From positions 1 through 58,412 of the forward strand of contig JAWLEP010000005.1 of NCBI GenBank assembly GCA_041686025.1: a DNA stretch of 58,412 nucleotides. Reading direction: 5' to 3'. Below, piece by piece: positions 53,606 through 58,412 of this stretch. Each line of letters starts with the position of its first letter. The first letter of the stretch is position 1. The DNA comes from Candidatus Fermentibacteraceae bacterium (GTDB taxonomy: Bacteria; Fermentibacterota; Fermentibacteria; Fermentibacterales; JCC-6). The notes below the pieces were generated by a model. It was not told where the DNA came from. It saw nothing but the letters and a program-made list of their open reading frames with translations, and did no database searches. Position numbers and translations under genes: made by a program.

Positions 53606-53665
53606 TCCGCCGCCTCCCCGGATGGCGGCGGGGCGACGGAAGGGCCGACCGGGGGAGGGAGCAAG

Positions 53666-54571
53666 CTAGATCCGCAGCCTGAGGCCGGCGACGGGTCCGT
53701 CGATGATGTCGCCGTCGCTGTTGCGGACCAGGGTGTAGCCGCCCCAGGCAGACACCCAGGTGATGTTCCAGCAGAACCGGGCCGTTCCGCTGTGCAGGGG
53801 CAGCTCCTCCAGCCAGGAGAGGCGGTAGTGGACGTCCACCTCGAAGAGCTCGGAGAGGAAGACGGAGGCCGAGGTCCCCATGCCGCCTCCGAAGAGGGGG
53901 TCCCGCCCCTCCTCCCAGGCCACCAGGAGGTGGCCGGAGCCGGAGAGGGTCACCGGGAGGTCGTATAGGACCTCCAGGCCCACCTCGGGATAGGCAAGGG
54001 AGAAGTCGGCCGAGTCGTCGGGCCTGATTCTGACGAAGCAACCCCCCAGGAAGAAGGGGGACGGTGTCCAGAACCTGGCGGAAGCCAGCGCTCCCTTTCC
54101 TCCCCCGGCGGTGGTCATGCCGCCTTCCACCGAGAGACTCACCGGGCTTCCCCCATCCCCCAGCCGGTGGCGGACCATGCCGTGCCGGTAGGGGATGGCG
54201 TGATGCGTTATCTCGACCGAAAACAGAAGCCGGCCCAGGTCGGAGAGCAGGCCGCCGCTGCAGGAGTCGAAGCAGCCGTCCCCTTCGGTGGAGGACCCTC
54301 CGCCCTCGTGCCCCTGGTGGTAGTAGGGGTCCAGAAAGCCTTCCTCTTCTTCCTCCCCGCCCTCTCCGGACCCGCCGCCGTCTTCGGTCTCCGACTCCGC
54401 TGCGCGGGGTTCGGGCTCCTCCACGGCTCCGCCGTCATCGCCCTGGACGTGTCCCTCCTGCAGGGGGGCGGAACCCGGCCCCTCCCCGGGGCCGTGATCC
54501 TGTGCGCCCGAAGCGGCCGGCAGAACCAGCAGCGCCGCCGTCGCCAGAAGAGCAGTCGCCGGCGTTCTCAT
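53666..54571 (-). CDS. Exported hypothetical protein, probable small outer-membrane beta-barrel
   Basis: Signal peptide, acidic disordered segment, then amphipathic beta-strand pattern ending GPVAGLRLRI. Confidence 0.6.
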   Translation of the reverse strand: MRTPATALLATAALLVLPAASGAQDHGPGEGPGSAPLQEGHVQGDDGGAVEEPEPRAAESETEDGGGSGEGGEEEEEGFLDPYYHQGHEGGGSSTEGDGCFDSCSGGLLSDLGRLLFSVEITHHAIPYRHGMVRHRLGDGGSPVSLSVEGGMTTAGGGKGALASARFWTPSPFFLGGCFVRIRPDDSADFSLAYPEVGLEVLYDLPVTLSGSGHLLVAWEEGRDPLFGGGMGTSASVFLSELFEVDVHYRLSWLEELPLHSGTARFCWNITWVSAWGGYTLVRNSDGDIIDGPVAGLRLRI

Positions 54572-55095
54572 GGACCGTCCTTCCCGCTTCCGTACCTTGC
54601 CATCAGCTCGGGGTAGCTCGCGGTCTCGCCCCTGTCCATGTCCAGGCCCAGCAGCCGGCAGGCCTCGCGGAGGTCTTCCGGGCTCCCGGCCTCGATCTCC
54701 ATGTAGGTGCCGAAATCCATGCTGTCAAGGCACACCGTGGCACTCTCCAGCCTGCAGGTCCTGCGCTTTCTGCGGTAGGAGAGGCCGGGCCTGAAGCCGA
54801 CGAGCCCCAGCAGAGCCAGGAGGGTGCCGGTTTCGCCCCGGACCTCCACCTCGATCTCGCGGCGGTCCTTGGCCCCCGCGGTGTCCCTTCTCGGCCCCTT
54901 GGCCGTCAGCAGCAGCCTGTCGCCCGAGCGCCTTACGCGGAGGGTCCTGCCGGAATCCGCCAGACCCCGGTCGCGGCGGTCCAGGAGAATGCTCACCTCG
55001 TCCACCGGGGGGCCGGGCCGGCAGCCCAGCTCCCTCAGCCGGGAGACCATCGGCTCCGGAGCCTCCAGTCGGAACTTTACCTCTACCTCTCTCAG
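54568..55095 (-). CDS. CYTH domain protein / class IV adenylate cyclase-like (probable CTG start)
   Basis: (M/L)REVEVKFRL ExExK signature upstream of the ORF-track start; LRVRR, LTAKGP, REIEV, KRR, GTYMEIE, SYPEL. Confidence 0.88.
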   Translation of the reverse strand: MREVEVKFRLEAPEPMVSRLRELGCRPGPPVDEVSILLDRRDRGLADSGRTLRVRRSGDRLLLTAKGPRRDTAGAKDRREIEVEVRGETGTLLALLGLVGFRPGLSYRRKRRTCRLESATVCLDSMDFGTYMEIEAGSPEDLREACRLLGLDMDRGETASYPELMARYGSGKDGP

Positions 55096-55114
55096 CGCGC
55101 ACCCCCTGCCGGAT

Positions 55115-55143
55115 TTGACCGTTGTGCAATCATAACGTAAATT
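55115..55143 (+). promoter_or_regulatory. sigma70 promoter of tRNA-Ser(TGA)
   Basis: TTGACC-N17-TAAATT, 10 nt before the tRNA. A divergent -10 TATGAT (55129-55134, minus strand) lies in the spacer. Confidence 0.7.
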
Positions 55144-55153
55144 GAGCGCCTGC

Positions 55154-55239
55154 GGAGGACTAGTCTAACTGGTAAGGCAGCGGATTTGAAATCCGCCGGG
55201 CTTACGCCCTTCGGGGTTCGAGTCCCCGGTCCTCCGCCA
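55154..55239 (+). tRNA. tRNA-Ser (TGA)
   Basis: GGAGGACTAGTCTAACTGGTAAGGCAGCGGATTTGAAATCCGCCGGGCTTACGCCCTTCGGGGTTCGAGTCCCCGGTCCTCCGCCA; long variable arm, G73, CCA. Confidence 0.95.
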
Positions 55240-55279
55240 CATCGGCCGAAGATGGCGGGCAGACCGGAAGGGATCGCCA

Positions 55280-55663
55280 ATGGACGACTCCTGCGTTATC
55301 GGCAAGAAGCAGGTCATCGTATCCGGAGACCGGGTTCTGGTCTCGCCCGCCAGCCCCGAGGAGCGCACCAGGTCCGGCCTCTACCTGCCGGAGTCCGCGG
55401 CCGACGGAAGAAGGGTCTCCGGAGGCTGGGTGGAAGCCGTTGGTCCGGGCTATCCGGTAGCCAGCCAGACGGATACCTCCGAGCCCTGGAAACCCTCCTC
55501 CGAGCCCGTCCGCTACATTCCCCTGCAGGTCTCCAAGGGCGATTTCGTGCTCTACGTCTCCAAGTCGGCCTGGGAGATAAGGCTGGAGGGGGAGAAGCAC
55601 TTCGTGGTCCCCAACTCGGCCGTCCTGCTCATCCTGCGCGAGGAATGGCAGCCCGCCGAGTAG
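55280..55663 (+). CDS. Orphan GroES/Cpn10-like protein
   Basis: GDRVLV.P...EERTRSGLYLP, G.VEAVGPG, PLQVSKGD.VLY, EI.LEGEKHFVV....VL; extra EPWK-containing loop; no groEL in the window. Confidence 0.85.
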   Translation: MDDSCVIGKKQVIVSGDRVLVSPASPEERTRSGLYLPESAADGRRVSGGWVEAVGPGYPVASQTDTSEPWKPSSEPVRYIPLQVSKGDFVLYVSKSAWEIRLEGEKHFVVPNSAVLLILREEWQPAE

Positions 55664-55691
55664 CGGCGCCCCGCCCGCCGGGAGCCGCTGC

Positions 55692-58412
55692 ATGACCCGG
55701 CAGCCGCAGCCTGCGGAGGACCACCTCACCGGACTGCTTCCCAGAAACCACATGGACAGCGCGGCCGAGGCCTTCCGGTCCAGGCCCGCAGGGGCGAGCT
55801 GGGCGGTGATCATGATGGATGTGGACGGCTTCAAGCTCCTCAACGACGTCTTCGGCCACAGCGCCGGGGACGCCGCGCTGCGGCACCTCGGCGGCATCGT
55901 CCGCGGCCAGATCCGGGGCGCGGATACGGCCATCCGGTACGGGGGCGACGAGATAGCCGTCATCATGCCGGACACGGGCTCCCCGGGGGCCCTGGACCTC
56001 TGCAACCGCCTCCGGGACGAGATCCGCCGGCGCCGTCTCCACGAGACGCTGGAGCTGACCGTATCGGCCGGAATCGCCTGCAGCGGCGAGGACGAGGCCC
56101 GCCTGGACCAGGTGGTGGAAAGGGCGGACAGAGCGCTTCTGGCGGCCAAGGACTCCGGGAAGGACCGGGTCTACTTCTACAGCTCGGAGATGGAGGCCTC
56201 CGCCCGCCCCGAGATCAGCTTCAGGCATTTCGTGGGCCGCCGCGCGGAGCTGCGCCGCCTGAGGGGCCTGCTTCGGGAGAGCCTGGAGCGGGGCCTCAGG
56301 ATCGCCCTGGTTACCGGGGAAGAGGGGCTGGGCAAGACCAGGCTGCTGTCGGAGCTGGAGCATTACGCCGAGTTCAGGGGAGCCACCGTTCTCTGCTCCG
56401 CCTCCGCCGGCTCCGCAGGGGCCCATCCCTACTCCATCGCCATGGGTCCCATAGGCAGGGCGCTGGAGCTGCTGGAGCCCGCGGAGCTGGGTGAGCTCTG
56501 CTCCGGGGTCGAGCCCCTCCACCCGGCCCTGCTGGAGCTTCTGCCCGTGCTGGACGCCGCCCCCCGCGAGGACAGCGGCTTCTTCGGGCAGGAGGGGGCC
56601 CGGTACAGGATCTTCGAGGACATATCGCGCGTTCTCTGCGAGCTGGCGGCAAAATCCCGCCTGATGCTGGTCTACGAGGACGTTCAGATGATGCCGGAGA
56701 CCGACCTGGACCTCCTGCTGTACTGCTCGCGAACCCTTACAGACAGCCGGCTGATGATGGTCTTCTCCTGCGATGACTCGGGGGCCGGAGGCCGCAGCCG
56801 CGACCGGATAACGGACCTGGATCCCGAGCCTCCGGTGGAGCGGGTGGCGCTGGAGAGACTGTCCCGCCGCGACGCCTGCAGCCTCATCCTGTTCACCCTC
56901 CGCGACCCCGGGGTCCCCGAGGAGCTGATGAGCAAGCTCTACAGGAGCAGCGGCGGCAACCCCCTGTTCCTGCGGGAGATACTCTCCAGCATGGTCAGCC
57001 GCGGCGAGATCGACCTGGACGACAGCCGCAGGGACTACACCGTGCCGGAGAGGATACGGCTTCCCGAGACCCTCGCGCAGATAATCCAGCGGCGCCTGGA
57101 CGAGCGCAGCCGCGAGACCCGCGAGCTCCTGGAGGTGGCCTCCCTCACCGAGGGCGACTTCAGCCTGGAGCTGCTGGAGTCGGTCACCGGACAGGCCCCC
57201 ATGGAGCTGGCCTCCCGGCTGGAGCCGGCGGTGAGGGCGGGACTGCTTGCAGAGGCGGATGATCCCGCCACCGGAGCGCCACTCTACCGGTTCAGCTACG
57301 ACGCGGCCCGCCAGCTGCTTCGGGACAGGGTCAGCCGCAACCTGAGCGTGGTCTACCATCGCAGGATCGCGGGCTGGCTCTCCCGGAGCATGGAGGCCGG
57401 CGACGACTCCCTCACCGGCAGGATAGCCCTCCACTACCTGGAGGCCGGGGAGAAGACCCGGGCGGCCGCCGTGGCCTACGAAGCGGCCATGCGGGCCATC
57501 AGCCACGTGGCGGGCAGGCAGGCGGTCAGGTGGCTGGAGACCTACCTCTCCTGCGTCCCGGAGGGGGAGCCGGCCTCCCGCAGGGCGGCCGCGCTGAGGG
57601 AGCTGGGCAGGCTGCACTCCAGCTCCGGGAGGATGGAGCAGGGGCAGAGCCTCCTGGAGCAGGCGCTGGAGCTGGCCGACGAGGGGCTCCGACCCTCGGT
57701 GCTGGCGGAGATGGGGGAGAACCTGTACATGCAGAGCAGGTACCCCGAGGCGTTCGAGGCCTTCGACGAGCTGCTGGCCCTCCCCGCCCCGCCCCGGCTC
57801 CGGGTCAGGGCCCTTATGCGCAAGGCCTTCATGGAGACCCTGGAGGGCAGCTACGGGGAAGCCGCAGAAGACCTGGAGGCCGGCCGCGAGACCATCGACT
57901 CCATGGAGGAGGGGCCCCTGCGGGAGAGCATGCTGGCCCTCTACCACACCCGAATGGGAGACCTGGTGTCCCTGTCGCATTCCGGCGACTCCGCCGAGGA
58001 CCACTACCGCAGGGCCCTGGCCATCTACCGCGAGCACGAGGACCGGCTGGGGGAGGCCACGGTCCTCAACAACATGTCCGAGCTGTACAACCAGTCCGGC
58101 GACTACATGGTGAACATCGAGACCCTTCACAGAGTGGAGGAGATCAACCGGCGGCACGACGACGCCCTGGGGCTGGCCATCGCCTGCTACAACCTGGCCG
58201 AGGCCCACGCCTCCATCGGCCGGCACCGCATGGCCAGGGAGTACTACCAGCGCTACATGGACCTCAGCGGCAGGATAGAGAACCGCCTGGGGCTGGCCTA
58301 CGGAAGGCTGGGACTGGGCCGGCTGGAGATGGACCAGGACCGCTGCGGAACCGCGGTAGACTACCTGCGCGAAGCCGCCGAGCTCTTCTGCCAGCTGGGC
58401 AGCGCCGTCCTG
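55692..58412 (+). CDS. GGDEF - STAND/AAA ATPase - TPR multidomain protein (runs off window)
   Basis: Hand-translated from ATG 55692: DHLTGLL, DVDGFKLLNDVFGH, RGAD..RYGGDEI; FVGRRAEL; Walker A GEEGLGKT (56316-56339); Walker B LVYEDVQ; SGGNPLFLREIL (~56950); TPR repeats. Absent from the ORF track. Confidence 0.9.
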   Translation, partial: MTRQPQPAEDHLTGLLPRNHMDSAAEAFRSRPAGASWAVIMMDVDGFKLLNDVFGHSAGDAALRHLGGIVRGQIRGADTAIRYGGDEIAVIMPDTGSPGALDLCNRLRDEIRRRRLHETLELTVSAGIACSGEDEARLDQVVERADRALLAAKDSGKDRVYFYSSEMEASARPEISFRHFVGRRAELRRLRGLLRESLERGLRIALVTGEEGLGKTRLLSELEHYAEFRGATVLCSASAGSAGAHPYSIAMGPIGRALELLEPAELGELCSGVEPLHPALLELLPVLDAAPREDSGFFGQEGARYRIFEDISRVLCELAAKSRLMLVYEDVQMMPETDLDLLLYCSRTLTDSRLMMVFSCDDSGAGGRSRDRITDLDPEPPVERVALERLSRRDACSLILFTLRDPGVPEELMSKLYRSSGGNPLFLREILSSMVSRGEIDLDDSRRDYTVPERIRLPETLAQIIQRRLDERSRETRELLEVASLTEGDFSLELLESVTGQAPMELASRLEPAVRAGLLAEADDPATGAPLYRFSYDAARQLLRDRVSRNLSVVYHRRIAGWLSRSMEAGDDSLTGRIALHYLEAGEKTRAAAVAYEAAMRAISHVAGRQAVRWLETYLSCVPEGEPASRRAAALRELGRLHSSSGRMEQGQSLLEQALELADEGLRPSVLAEMGENLYMQSRYPEAFEAFDELLALPAPPRLRVRALMRKAFMETLEGSYGEAAEDLEAGRETIDSMEEGPLRESMLALYHTRMGDLVSLSHSGDSAEDHYRRALAIYREHEDRLGEATVLNNMSELYNQSGDYMVNIETLHRVEEINRRHDDALGLAIACYNLAEAHASIGRHRMAREYYQRYMDLSGRIENRLGLAYGRLGLGRLEMDQDRCGTAVDYLREAAELFCQLGSAVL

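Noticed and set aside
55154..55239. tRNA with TGA in the anticodon loop as a selenocysteine or suppressor tRNA
   Set aside because: Anticodon UGA reads UCA (Ser), whereas tRNA-Sec has anticodon UCA and an 8-bp acceptor stem. This tRNA has a normal 7-bp stem.
169..58226. Many long antisense or alternative-frame ORFs (e.g. 169-1212, 10732-12435, 17397-19022, 30912-32561, 35919-37784, 39518-41737, 46682-48553, 55629-58226)
   Set aside because: They lie opposite well-recognised genes and have no family motifs. Stop-poor shadow frames are expected in GC-rich coding DNA.

Overview
GC-rich core chromosomal segment from a diderm bacterium, with almost all genes on the minus strand up to ~49 kb. An FCB-superphylum affiliation such as Ca. 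Fermentibacteria is an inference, based on a FlgD-Ig/T9SS-like C-terminal domain, an orphan GroES-like gene and a GGDEF-STAND-TPR protein. Housekeeping blocks: pcrA-fsa-tktN-tktC, a serA-like dehydrogenase, rplM-rpsI-rpsB-tsf-pyrH-frr-uppS-cdsA-dxr-rseP, SRP RNA-dnaX-ybaB-recR-pgsA-pgpA-cinA-thpR-recA-recX, dtd-maf, deoC and pyrE. RNA genes: four tRNAs (Phe-GAA, Ala-CGC, Ser-GGA, Ser-TGA) and a long Alu-type SRP RNA. I see no CRISPR array, integrase or transposase. Most interesting items: (i) a four-gene membrane operon (3775-7301, DUF6754-like) that appears to be two pairs of paralogues with opposite membrane orientation, a candidate uncharacterised transporter; (ii) an unassigned, G.U-rich structured RNA candidate between pcrA and deoC (13085-13255); (iii) a TPR/acidic 'SLxxIFGG'-repeat/AIM24-like protein; (iv) a GGDEF-STAND-TPR protein missing from the ORF track; (v) a promoter with only a mini-ORF, ending in REP-like palindromes (41870-42031); (vi) a CYTH gene that needs a CUG start; (vii) a membrane PP2C pseudophosphatase. 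All family calls come from motif recognition by eye; no searches were run.
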